Notes: generated from the letters alone by a model not told the origin. Shown: positions 37,613 through 46,329, counted from the stretch's first letter. The stretch: DNA of 64,000 bases from an uncultured Bacilli bacterium (GCA_934120635.1 CAKOUR010000003.1:29203-93202); one strand, 5' to 3'. Translations and numbers: made by a program.

Positions 37613-39910
37613 TTAACAACATGCATTTTTCTTAAAGTCATTTACTTTTTCAACACTAACCCCTTCTCCAGCTTTACGTCCACATCCTGGACAAACATCT
37701 CCAATAATTCCCACATAACCGCATACTGGATCTCTATCAACTGGATGGTTAATTGCTGCATATCCCATATTATTTTCTTTCATTATACGCACAATTTTTT
37801 CAAAAGCATCTAAATTCTTAGTTGTATCTCCATCTAATTCTATATAACTAATATGTCCTGCATTTGTAAGAGCATGATATGGAGCTTCTTTTTTGATTTT
37901 GTTAATAATAGAAATATTATAATACACTGGTACATGGAATGAATTTGTATAGTATTCTCTATCAGTAACTCCTTTTATTTTTCCATAAATTACTTTGTCA
38001 ATGTTTATAAATCTACCACTTAGTCCTTCTGCTGGAGTTGCTAAACAAGTGAAATTCAAATTGTATTTTTCAGAATATTCATCGCATTTTTTTCTCATAA
38101 ATCCAATGATCTTTAACCCTAATTCTTGTGCTTCTTCACTTTCCCCGTGATGTTTACCTATTAGTGCTTTTAAACATTCTGCTAAACCGATAAAACCAAT
38201 ACTTAAAGTTCCATGCTTTAACACTTTTCTTAAGCGATCAGTTGGTTTTAACTTTTCTGAGTCAATCCATACACCTTGTTCTAATAAAAATGGGAAATTA
38301 TATAATCTTTTATTACATTGAATTTCAAATCTCTCTAGTAATTGTTCACAAACTAAATCCATTAATTCTCCTAACTCTTTATAGAAGCCATCCAAGTCTG
38401 TTTTTTCGTTTGTAACAATTCCATGTTTAATACCTAATCTAGGTAAATTTATTGAAGTAAAGGATAGGTTACCTCTTCCTGGTGTAATTGCTTTGTTAGG
38501 ATCTACTACGTTTCCAATTACTCTTGTTCTACATCCCATATAACATACTTCTGTATTATAATCCCCTTTATAATATTGAGCATTAAATGGCGAATCCATA
38601 AATGAAAAATTAGGAAATAGTCTTTTGGCAGATACTTTACATGATAATTTAAATAAATCATAGTTAGGGTCACCTGGATTATAATTAATTCCTTCTTTAA
38701 TTTTAAAAATTGAAATTGGGAAAATAGGTGTTTCGTTTTTACCTAATCCTGCATCAACAGATAATAAATAATTTTTCATTACCATTCTTCCTTCTGCTGA
38801 TGTATCTGTTCCAAAATTAATTGAAGAAAATGGTACTTGTGCTCCTGCTCTAGAATGCATTGTATTTAAATTATGTACAAATGCTTCCATTGCTTGATAA
38901 GTAGCTCTATCTGTTTTTGCAATAGCGGTATCATATGCTTTTTCAAAGATTCTTCTAACTTCTTTACTTTCTTTATAGAAATTTTCAAAAATTCCAACAT
39001 CTACTGTAATAGAATTTAATTTATCTATTGCTTGAACTAATTTGTCCATATTTATGAAACTGATAAAATCAGTAAAATCAAGTAGTTCATATAATGCTTG
39101 TTTATATTCTTTTTTAAAAGTTTTTAATACACCAGGTGCCATATAGAAGTCAAATGCTGGAATACTTTGGCCACCATGTTGATCATTTTGATTAGATTGT
39201 ACTGCTATTGCTGCCAATGCACTATAAGCGTTAATTGATTGTGGTTCTCTTAAATGTCCATGACCTGTAGAAAAACCATTTTTAAATAACTTATTTAAAT
39301 CAATTTGCATACAAGTGGTAGTTCCCATTGCTAAGAAATCCATATCATGAATATGAATATCCCCATTTTCATGTGCTTCAGCAAATTTCTTTTTCATTAA
39401 ATATGCCTTTGCAAATTCTTTTGATACTGTCGAACCATATTGAAGCATTGTTCCCATAGCACTGTTACCATCAATATTAGCATTTTCTCTTTTAGCATCT
39501 TCTTCAAATGCCGATTTTAATCCTAGTCCTTCTAATGATTTTAGAAATTTATGCATTTTCTTTTCATCAGAAAACAATTTTCTTGATTTATCTCTTCTTT
39601 CACGATAATCAGAGAATGCTTCGTATACATCTTCATATTTGTTTTTTTTCAGCATTTCTTCAATTAAATCTTGGATTTCTTCTATTTTTATTTTTTCAGC
39701 ATCTTTATATTTTTTACAAATTTCTTTAATGACGCTTTGATACACTTTCTGAACATCTTTAGCACTATATTTTGATTCTTCTTCTTCATGTACTGTTCCA
39801 TCAAATCCTTTTTTTATTGCAATTGCAACCTTTGTAGTATCAAACGAAACTTTTTTTCCATTTCTTTTTACTACTTTTAGGTTGGCTATTATATCTTCAT
39901 TTATTGTCAT
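37613..39910 (-). CDS. nrdD: Anaerobic ribonucleoside-triphosphate reductase, large part lacking the glycyl-radical tail
   Basis: 765 aa; ATP-cone N-terminus, class III RNR barrel, C-terminal Cys cluster VCGYVGIIGDVCPGCG; ends at TAA before the glycyl-radical segment. Confidence 0.9.
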   Translation of the reverse strand: MTINEDIIANLKVVKRNGKKVSFDTTKVAIAIKKGFDGTVHEEEESKYSAKDVQKVYQSVIKEICKKYKDAEKIKIEEIQDLIEEMLKKNKYEDVYEAFSDYRERRDKSRKLFSDEKKMHKFLKSLEGLGLKSAFEEDAKRENANIDGNSAMGTMLQYGSTVSKEFAKAYLMKKKFAEAHENGDIHIHDMDFLAMGTTTCMQIDLNKLFKNGFSTGHGHLREPQSINAYSALAAIAVQSNQNDQHGGQSIPAFDFYMAPGVLKTFKKEYKQALYELLDFTDFISFINMDKLVQAIDKLNSITVDVGIFENFYKESKEVRRIFEKAYDTAIAKTDRATYQAMEAFVHNLNTMHSRAGAQVPFSSINFGTDTSAEGRMVMKNYLLSVDAGLGKNETPIFPISIFKIKEGINYNPGDPNYDLFKLSCKVSAKRLFPNFSFMDSPFNAQYYKGDYNTEVCYMGCRTRVIGNVVDPNKAITPGRGNLSFTSINLPRLGIKHGIVTNEKTDLDGFYKELGELMDLVCEQLLERFEIQCNKRLYNFPFLLEQGVWIDSEKLKPTDRLRKVLKHGTLSIGFIGLAECLKALIGKHHGESEEAQELGLKIIGFMRKKCDEYSEKYNLNFTCLATPAEGLSGRFINIDKVIYGKIKGVTDREYYTNSFHVPVYYNISIINKIKKEAPYHALTNAGHISYIELDGDTTKNLDAFEKIVRIMKENNMGYAAINHPVDRDPVCGYVGIIGDVCPGCGRKAGEGVSVEKVNDFKKNACC

Positions 39911-39942
39911 TTACTTCACTCCTTATTTCTTATCACAAATTC

Positions 39943-39972
39943 ATTATACATTTATCTGTGTTGTTTTGTCAA
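39943..39972 (-). promoter_or_regulatory. Sigma-A promoter of the nrd operon
   Basis: Minus strand TTGACA (39972-39967), 18-nt spacer, TATAAT (39948-39943); AAGGAGTGA SD downstream. Confidence 0.6.
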
Positions 39973-39991
39973 CATAAAAAACGAACATTTT

Positions 39992-40065
39992 GTATTTTTT
40001 TATTTTTTTGTATTTTTTTATTTTTTGTTATTGTTATTTTTTTGATTTTTTATTTTTTTGATTTT
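39992..40065. repeat. T-tract (A-tract on the coding strand) tandem repeats upstream of the nrd promoter
   Basis: GTATTTTTTTATTTTTT repeated twice in tandem, then TGATTTTTTATTTTTT about 1.4 times; T6-7 runs recur every 8-10 bp. Confidence 0.6.
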
Positions 40066-40412
40066 AATATTTTGTTTCTTATTTTCTATAAATCCTTTAT
40101 TTTATTGACTTTTTATTTATTTTTTTAGTTTTTGTATTCTAAAAAAAGTTGTATTTTTTCGCTTTTTTGTTTTTTCTTATTTCTTTATTTTTTTATTTTT
40201 AACTTTTTTGAATAGCACTCTTTTTACTACTGTTCGTATTTTTTTATACTCTTTATAGTTAATTTTTTTGATAAAATATTGATTTATATATCTTAAGTTA
40301 GTTACCCTATTATTTAGTAGTGTTTGTATTTGTTTTTTTTTAATTCTACTTAAAAATGAAGAAATCATTTCTTCTATTTTGAGTTTTATCCATAAAAAAA
40401 AGAAAATGTTTT

Positions 40413-41369
40413 TTATGAATCTAGATTTTCTATTTTATAAAATTCTTGATTATCAACAAGTAACATCACTGTTTTAACATTATAATTATCTTTCATAGAA
40501 AGACCTAATGTGTAAATTACCTCTTCTAAAATATGGTTATTATTATTGCTAAGAATAGCATTATTAAAATTTAATTTTAATTGTTCTTCTTCTAAAGAAT
40601 AATCTTTTAATACTACATTAGCATCTAAATAACTCATTAAATTTGTTTCGGATATTGGTGAGGTTGATAATTCATCTATAATAATTTTAATTTTATCATT
40701 TCCTTTATTATTAATATATTTAGTTATTGGTACATAATACTTATAATCATTTTGTTGACAGACATAGTAAACCGTATATGATTCAATAGAAGATGTTTTA
40801 GTTAAATCATATTTTTTATTTATTCCATACTTTTTATCTTGAGGAAAAGTAATATTTTTTTTACTATGTGGGAGATTTTCTAGAGTTTTTCCTTCTACTT
40901 GAATTATAATTTTGTCGATTCCATCAATACTAGTGGAGGAATATATAATAGATTCTATCATTTTTTCCTCTAATGAAGCATTGATATTTAATAATTCTTT
41001 TGAAAAATTTATAGTAAGTACTTTATTTTCTAAATTTAAATCTAATATTTCTGTTCCAGGCGGTATGATTGCTCGAAAACCATCAGGAATAATGTAACTT
41101 TTTTCTCCATCTATAATTAATGCTTTTATTACATCTAATGCTATTTCTTTTGTATCTAAATTTTCGCTTTTAATGGTAGTTCTTGCTATATAACCATTTC
41201 TATCTAATAAGTAAATAACTTCTTTTTTGTTATTATATTCATATTCTAAACTTGTATTTTTTATTTTATAAGATATTTTTTCATTATTAGGCATTATATA
41301 CAAAAGAAAAAGAGAAAGTAATGCTAATGATGTTATCATAATTTTTCTTGTATAAATTTTTTTTAACAT
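40413..41369 (-). CDS. gerM: GerM-like sporulation/germination protein (two GerMN-like domains)
   Basis: 318 aa; N-terminal anchor, then two repeats of the pattern ...ALDVIKALIIDG...PPGTEILDLNLENKVLTINFSKEL... Confidence 0.55.
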   Translation of the reverse strand: MLKKIYTRKIMITSLALLSLFLLYIMPNNEKISYKIKNTSLEYEYNNKKEVIYLLDRNGYIARTTIKSENLDTKEIALDVIKALIIDGEKSYIIPDGFRAIIPPGTEILDLNLENKVLTINFSKELLNINASLEEKMIESIIYSSTSIDGIDKIIIQVEGKTLENLPHSKKNITFPQDKKYGINKKYDLTKTSSIESYTVYYVCQQNDYKYYVPITKYINNKGNDKIKIIIDELSTSPISETNLMSYLDANVVLKDYSLEEEQLKLNFNNAILSNNNNHILEEVIYTLGLSMKDNYNVKTVMLLVDNQEFYKIENLDS

Positions 41370-41461
41370 ACTATCACCTAATAATATATATGAATTAACA
41401 AAAAGAAAAATACTTATCTAAAAAAATATTACTTTAAGTATTTTTCTAAATAAGTATTATT

Positions 41462-41665
41462 TTATAATTTTATACTTCCTAATCGTATTAATTCTACAAC
41501 AGCTTGGGCCCGACCTTTTACTCCTAATTTTTGCATAGCATTTGAAATGTGATTTCTTACTGTTTTCTCACTTATTCCTAGCACATTTCCAATTTCTTTT
41601 GTTGTTTTATTTTCTACTAATAAGAAAAAAACTTCTTCTTCTCTTTTGGTTAATATTTTTTTCAT
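41462..41665 (-). CDS. gerE: LuxR-type HTH spore coat regulator GerE
   Basis: 67 aa consisting only of the LuxR C-terminal HTH: LTKREEEVFFLL...TKEIGNVLGISEKTVRNHISNAMQKLGV. Confidence 0.78.
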   Translation of the reverse strand: MKKILTKREEEVFFLLVENKTTKEIGNVLGISEKTVRNHISNAMQKLGVKGRAQAVVELIRLGSIKL

Positions 41666-41705
41666 ATCAATTCCTCACTTCCCAAGGGTGGGATACAATC
41701 AATAG

Positions 41706-41733
41706 TATTGTATGTGAAGAATTAATTTAGGTT
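41706..41733 (-). promoter_or_regulatory. Candidate sigma-K-type promoter for gerE
   Basis: Minus strand AC, 16-nt spacer, CATACAATA (consensus AC-N16/17-CATAnnnTA). Confidence 0.35.
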
Positions 41734-41739
41734 CATAAT

Positions 41740-42243
41740 TTATGATTGAAATTGTACTGAAATATACATTTTTTTATTAAATTCTTCTTGAACAGTTCGC
41801 ATAATATTATTTGCTAATGATTTTGAGTTTTCACATTTATCTACAACTATTTTTATGGAATTATCTTCAATCTTAGCAAATGTTTCACATTTGTATGTAG
41901 ATTTTAGTTTTTTCTCAATTGACTCTTCTGTTCCACTATTTGCTTGAATTGTTTTAATTTTTTCATAAATTGTATTTTTTTCCTGTGAAGTAGTGTCTTT
42001 ATTAGTTAATTTATCTTGTAGTTCTTCTAATGTATCATTTGTTTTTGAAGTATTTTCTACCTTTAATGCTGAAATAGCATCGCTTTCTTCTATTGAAGCA
42101 TTTACATTATCTTTTTTATCTAAATTTGTTTGAGCGTTAGTAGATGCTGCTAATAAATCATTTGGCATAGTGACATAATAAATACTAAGTACTAATACTA
42201 AACTAAATAATGTTAAAAACCATAAATTTTTCTTATTCATCAT
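41740..42243 (-). CDS. spoIIIAH: Stage III sporulation protein AH
   Basis: 167 aa; N-terminus KKNLWFLTLFSLVLVLSIYYV and C-terminus EKIKTIQANSGTEESIEKKLKS...IKIVVDK...VQEEF align to B. subtilis SpoIIIAH. Confidence 0.75.
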   Translation of the reverse strand: MMNKKNLWFLTLFSLVLVLSIYYVTMPNDLLAASTNAQTNLDKKDNVNASIEESDAISALKVENTSKTNDTLEELQDKLTNKDTTSQEKNTIYEKIKTIQANSGTEESIEKKLKSTYKCETFAKIEDNSIKIVVDKCENSKSLANNIMRTVQEEFNKKMYISVQFQS

Positions 42244-42279
42244 ATATTTTCCCCTTTTCTAGTTAAATATATGTTCTTT

Positions 42280-42786
42280 TTAGGAATAAATACCTAATAA
42301 TTTTTCTTGATTATCTTTATCTAGCTTTTCAACTTTCCACTGATTATTTTCGTCTTGTTCTACTTTAAATTGGATAGTATAAGTTGTTTTCTTTTTTACT
42401 TTTTTTAAATTTTCTAGTAATTTTTTAGAGTAATTTAAATCTTTTTCTTCTTCTAATTTTCTTTTTTCTTTACCATAATCTAAAACAGTAATTTCTACTA
42501 ATACGTTTGCTTTAGTACCATTAATTTCTTCTCTTTTTATCGAATAGCATAAATTTCTATATTGTTTTTTGACTATTTTTTGATACTCTTTTTTATCATT
42601 TTCTGTCAAATATTTTTTATCAATTAAAAGAGATTCATTAAGATCGATACTTTTATCTAGTTGTTGATATTTAGATAAATATTCTTCTACTCTAGATGTT
42701 GGTGTATTAGCTAAATTACAACCTGTTAAAAAGAATATAAAAATTACTATTATTAATTTAATTAAATTTTGTTTCTTTAAATTCAT
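42280..42786 (-). CDS. Lipoprotein, unknown function (168 aa)
   Basis: Signal peptide with lipobox FLTGC. Confidence 0.7.
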   Translation of the reverse strand: MNLKKQNLIKLIIVIFIFFLTGCNLANTPTSRVEEYLSKYQQLDKSIDLNESLLIDKKYLTENDKKEYQKIVKKQYRNLCYSIKREEINGTKANVLVEITVLDYGKEKRKLEEEKDLNYSKKLLENLKKVKKKTTYTIQFKVEQDENNQWKVEKLDKDNQEKLLGIYS

Positions 42787-42846
42787 TATTAATTCACCAT
42801 TTTTAGTATGAGAAAAAAACTAATTAATATGTAAAAAGAATCTATA

Positions 42847-43419
42847 CTATTTTTTAGATTCTTCTGTTTTTTTATCTTGATTTTGATTTGGTAAATAATT
42901 ATTATCTATGGAATTATCAATGTCTTTTGCAATATTATCATCATATTCAGTATCTTCAATAATGTCCCATGGTTCTTCTTCATCTTCCACAGCGACTTTA
43001 ACTTTTGTATCTCCAACAATTTCTATTCCTAATTCTTTTTCTATTTCTACTTTAATACTTTTATTATTTTCTTTAGCATTAGTACAATTTGGCTGTTTTA
43101 GACTTCTGACAACAATATCTTTTACTGTTGAATCAGTACTTTCTCTTTGGCGTACCATAACAGACTCGCTATAAGTTATTTTTTTAGTAATTACTGTTGT
43201 TTTTGTATCATTATCATAAGAGTACCAAATATTAATATCAAAACTACCATCTACTACGATTTTTCCTCCAACTTCTGATCCTTTAAATTTGTGATTGATT
43301 ACCCAACAACCTAATACTGTTGTTGGAATGTTTTCTGTTTCTATTGTATAGGAATTCTTATAATATTTTTTGCCTTTACCAATAATTGCTTTTGTTACAA
43401 TTTCTTTAAAAGCTGGCAA
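42847..43419 (-). CDS. cotE: Spore coat morphogenetic protein CotE
   Basis: FKEIVTKAIIGKGKK, LGCWVINHKF, DINIWYSYDNDTKT, QPNCT and an acidic tail align along the full length of B. subtilis CotE; start taken as TTG 43419 after GAGGGGTGA. Confidence 0.85.
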   Translation of the reverse strand: MPAFKEIVTKAIIGKGKKYYKNSYTIETENIPTTVLGCWVINHKFKGSEVGGKIVVDGSFDINIWYSYDNDTKTTVITKKITYSESVMVRQRESTDSTVKDIVVRSLKQPNCTNAKENNKSIKVEIEKELGIEIVGDTKVKVAVEDEEEPWDIIEDTEYDDNIAKDIDNSIDNNYLPNQNQDKKTEESKK

Positions 43420-43734
43420 CTTTATCACCCCTCTAGTTTAATTTATGTTAAAACTTTAATTTAAGAACATTTTATTATATTTCTAAAAAATATTTGTGGT
43501 AATATTTATTTGGTTAGAAAATACTTATTTAGTTTTTAGTTAAGTAGTTATAGAAGGAAGGATAGTATTGTAATTTTTTATTTATAGTATTCTTAGAGTT
43601 AATTTATTACTGTTTACATCATCAAAGTACTCTTTAATTTAGGAATATTCCTTATTTTTAGAAAAGTATATTAAAATAAATATTGCGCTATAGAAAGGTG
43701 AGGTGATTTTACTAAATAAAACTTAGTAATTATA

Positions 43735-44409
43735 ATGAAAAAAGAATTCGTGCAAAAAAAGAAAAAATTGGAAAAGTTAATTTTAAATAATTATACTGAA
43801 ATTAATATTATTATTTATTTTTTACTTATTAATCATAAGCTTGATAATATTATAGAAAAGTTAGATGATAAAGAGGTTACTATTAATCAAATTAGTGTTG
43901 TCAAGAAAGGTTATTTAACTAGTGAAGAACAATTATTAGATACTTTAAAATATATTATTGATTGTTTTGATAATGAATTTTGGTTTATTAAAACTAATAG
44001 AAATATAATTATTGATTGTTTGATTAATTCTCCTAGAGCTAAAGAACTTATTTATTCAAAGAAATATATTGGTGATAATCAATATATTGACTATTTTTTT
44101 GAATTATTTCAAAATATTATGATTGATAATTTTAAAAAAATTTTACTCTATTCAACAATTGATTTACAAGAAATATTTAAAAAAAATAAAATTAAAAACT
44201 TGAATGATGTAAAGAATGTATACAGATTACTTAAATTAATTTGTTTATGCAATTGTACTTCTTATAATTTAATTTATTTATTTGATAATCATATTGATAC
44301 TACTGGAAAAGATTTTTGTCTTATACAATTAGAAATTTTATTTGATAGGACATATAAATTACAAGAAGATGCTTTAAATTTTATTTATAAAGGAAATTTT
44401 TTATCATAA
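43735..44409 (+). CDS. Hypothetical protein (224 aa), lone plus-strand orphan
   Basis: Long open frame in AT-rich DNA; no SD adjacent to the ATG; no family recognised. Confidence 0.5.
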   Translation: MKKEFVQKKKKLEKLILNNYTEINIIIYFLLINHKLDNIIEKLDDKEVTINQISVVKKGYLTSEEQLLDTLKYIIDCFDNEFWFIKTNRNIIIDCLINSPRAKELIYSKKYIGDNQYIDYFFELFQNIMIDNFKKILLYSTIDLQEIFKKNKIKNLNDVKNVYRLLKLICLCNCTSYNLIYLFDNHIDTTGKDFCLIQLEILFDRTYKLQEDALNFIYKGNFLS

Positions 44410-44418
44410 AAGAAGAAC

Positions 44419-45033
44419 CTAATTTGGTTCTTCTTTTAATTTTTCTAATAAAAGGTTTAAGTTATCTTCTTTATATTCTGGTTTTTCTATTATTGTGCCT
44501 GTCTTATAGGATAATATTCCATATTGATTATCCTTTTTTATGATAATATTTTGGAAATTATATCCTTGTAAAAGATTGTTGTTTAATATTCCTACTTGAT
44601 CATAGATAATAGGAACAATTATTTTTCCTGTATTATCAATAATACCTTGTTTAGATTTTAATGTTACAATAAAATGTTCTTGATCTAGAACTGTATAATC
44701 TTCATAAGAATTACTAATCATTTTTCCTGTTCTATAATTAAATAATAATGTTTTATTACTGTTATTATATTCTAATATAACATAATTATTATCTATACTT
44801 CTTTTATAAAAAGGACATTCTTTGTCTTTGCAATCATATTTAGAGTATATTAAATTTTTCTTTTCTTGTGTTTCTGATACACAAAGGTTTCCTTCACATT
44901 CATAGAAAAATAATTCATTTTTTGTTAAATATTGGTATTTAATTTTATAATTCATTACCATTAATAGTATTTCTATTAATAACAGGAATAAAGATGTAAC
45001 CCATAATATTCTTCCAAAATTATGTTTTTTCAT
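44419..45033 (-). CDS. Membrane-anchored WG-repeat (KWG-like) protein
   Basis: TM ILWVTSLFLLLIEILLMV; repeats QGIIDNTGKIIVPIIYDQV and QYGILSYKTGTIIEKPEY; start at ATG 45033 after GAGGA, 1 nt past the upstream stop. Confidence 0.6.
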   Translation of the reverse strand: MKKHNFGRILWVTSLFLLLIEILLMVMNYKIKYQYLTKNELFFYECEGNLCVSETQEKKNLIYSKYDCKDKECPFYKRSIDNNYVILEYNNSNKTLLFNYRTGKMISNSYEDYTVLDQEHFIVTLKSKQGIIDNTGKIIVPIIYDQVGILNNNLLQGYNFQNIIIKKDNQYGILSYKTGTIIEKPEYKEDNLNLLLEKLKEEPN

Positions 45034-45034
45034 C

Positions 45035-45823
45035 TTAATCCTCACTTTCAAAACTTTCAATTTTAGTTAATTTAAATTCATAGTTATTTTTGTAATCATT
45101 CCAGTCTTTAGGAATAAAGGTTATTTTGTCTTTTGCTAGATCTTTTCCTTTTGTTAAGTAAGTGAATGCTATTGCAGTTCCATCATCACTTGTAATAGTT
45201 AAGTTTTCAAATGTATAAGTCTTTCCTTTTTGATTTACATCTAAACGAAGTGTATACTGTCCAGTTTTATTTGGAGTAAATTTAAAATTTTTTTTGTTTG
45301 ACATATAATAGTATGTATCATATTTTCCATCTAGCATAAAGAATGCCTCTACAGTATCATTGCCATTTCCTCCCCAATTACCAGCAGTATCACAAGAAAA
45401 AGTATATGTTTTTGATTTTTCTAAGTAAGCATATGCATTTATAAAAGTATAACCATCATCTTCTTTAGAAGTAACAGTTACTTTTTTGTTTTTTACTGAA
45501 TATATTGCTCTATTATTAGAATCTGTAACATTTTCAACATTATCTAAACCAAATAGCAAGTTAATATTGGATGATATTTCAAAAGAATATTTTCCTGTTG
45601 TTAGAGCTTTTCTTTCTGTAAGTGCTTTTTCAATACCAATATTACTATCATTTGTTACGTCTTTTAATTTAAAACTTTCCTCTAGTTTTACAGTTGATCT
45701 TTCCAACAGTTGTTTTTTTGTTTGTAACCCGTTTAAAATAGAAAACATTAATAGAATAAATAAAATAAATAATGTGTATAAAATTCCTGTGATAGCAAAT
45801 CCTTTGTTGTCTAGTTTTCTCAT
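45035..45823 (-). CDS. Pilin-like N-terminus fused to a beta-sandwich (CBM-like) domain
   Basis: MRKLDNKG|FAITG plus a hydrophobic helix (no Glu at +5); beta-rich C-terminus with aromatic/Gly pattern AGNWGGNGNDTVEAFF. Confidence 0.55.
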   Translation of the reverse strand: MRKLDNKGFAITGILYTLFILFILLMFSILNGLQTKKQLLERSTVKLEESFKLKDVTNDSNIGIEKALTERKALTTGKYSFEISSNINLLFGLDNVENVTDSNNRAIYSVKNKKVTVTSKEDDGYTFINAYAYLEKSKTYTFSCDTAGNWGGNGNDTVEAFFMLDGKYDTYYYMSNKKNFKFTPNKTGQYTLRLDVNQKGKTYTFENLTITSDDGTAIAFTYLTKGKDLAKDKITFIPKDWNDYKNNYEFKLTKIESFESED

Positions 45824-45846
45824 GATCCACCTTCTATTCTACTAAC

Positions 45847-45875
45847 ATTATAAACGATATTTTCTAAAATAGCAA
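45847..45875 (-). promoter_or_regulatory. Sigma-A promoter for the 45823 gene
   Basis: Minus strand TTGCTA (45875-45870), 17-nt spacer, TATAAT (45852-45847). Confidence 0.5.
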
Positions 45876-45933
45876 CCAACTTACCCACTAAAATTTTATG
45901 TTAAAACAAAAGTACTAATTCAGTATTTTTGCA

Positions 45934-45967
45934 CAAAAAAAGATGCTTTTCAATAAACATCTCTTTC
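45934..45967 (-). terminator. Possible terminator after rplQ
   Basis: AGATG / CATCT stem (extendable with A-U and G-U pairs), 12-nt loop, TTTTTT. Confidence 0.4.
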
Positions 45968-45971
45968 TTTA

Positions 45972-46313
45972 TTAAACTAACTTTAAGATAACCATTAAAG
46001 CGTTATCTCCACGTCTTTCTTCTGTTTTAATAATTCTTGTATATCCACCTTGTCTATCTTCATATCTTTTTGCAAGGTCATTGAATACTTTATTTACACA
46101 TTCTTCATCATTATGTAGGAATGCTAACGCAAGTCTACGTGTTACTAAAGTATTTTTCTTTCCATAAGTAACCATCTTATCAAAGCATTTTCTTACTTCT
46201 TTTGCTCTAGTTTCAGTTGTTGTAATACTTTCGTTTAAGATTAGTTGTTTTGTTAGGCTTGCTAACATGCTTCTTCTATGTTTGTTATCTCTACCTAATT
46301 TTCTATAAGCCAT
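45972..46313 (-). CDS. rplQ: 50S ribosomal protein L17
   Basis: 113 aa; [17 protein letters not shown]...GGYTRI. Confidence 0.95.
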   Translation of the reverse strand: MAYRKLGRDNKHRRSMLASLTKQLILNESITTTETRAKEVRKCFDKMVTYGKKNTLVTRRLALAFLHNDEECVNKVFNDLAKRYEDRQGGYTRIIKTEERRGDNALMVILKLV

Positions 46314-46329
46314 AATATCCTCCTTCTAA

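Noticed and set aside
39934-39960. NrdR boxes at the nrd promoter
   Set aside because: NrdR boxes are 16-bp palindromes (roughly ACAC-N8-GTGT), usually in tandem. Here the CACA and TGTG ends are 19 nt apart and no second box is evident. I keep it only as a generic operator candidate.
39992-40065. Possible CRISPR-like or minisatellite array
   Set aside because: The units are 16-18 bp of almost pure T with no unique spacers and no cas genes. This is a simple A/T-tract repeat.
40177-40368. 63-aa lysine-rich minus-strand ORF between gerM and the nrd promoter
   Set aside because: The composition simply mirrors the A-rich strand of a T-tract spacer. There is no SD (GAAGAA only) and no recognisable fold, so it is probably non-coding.
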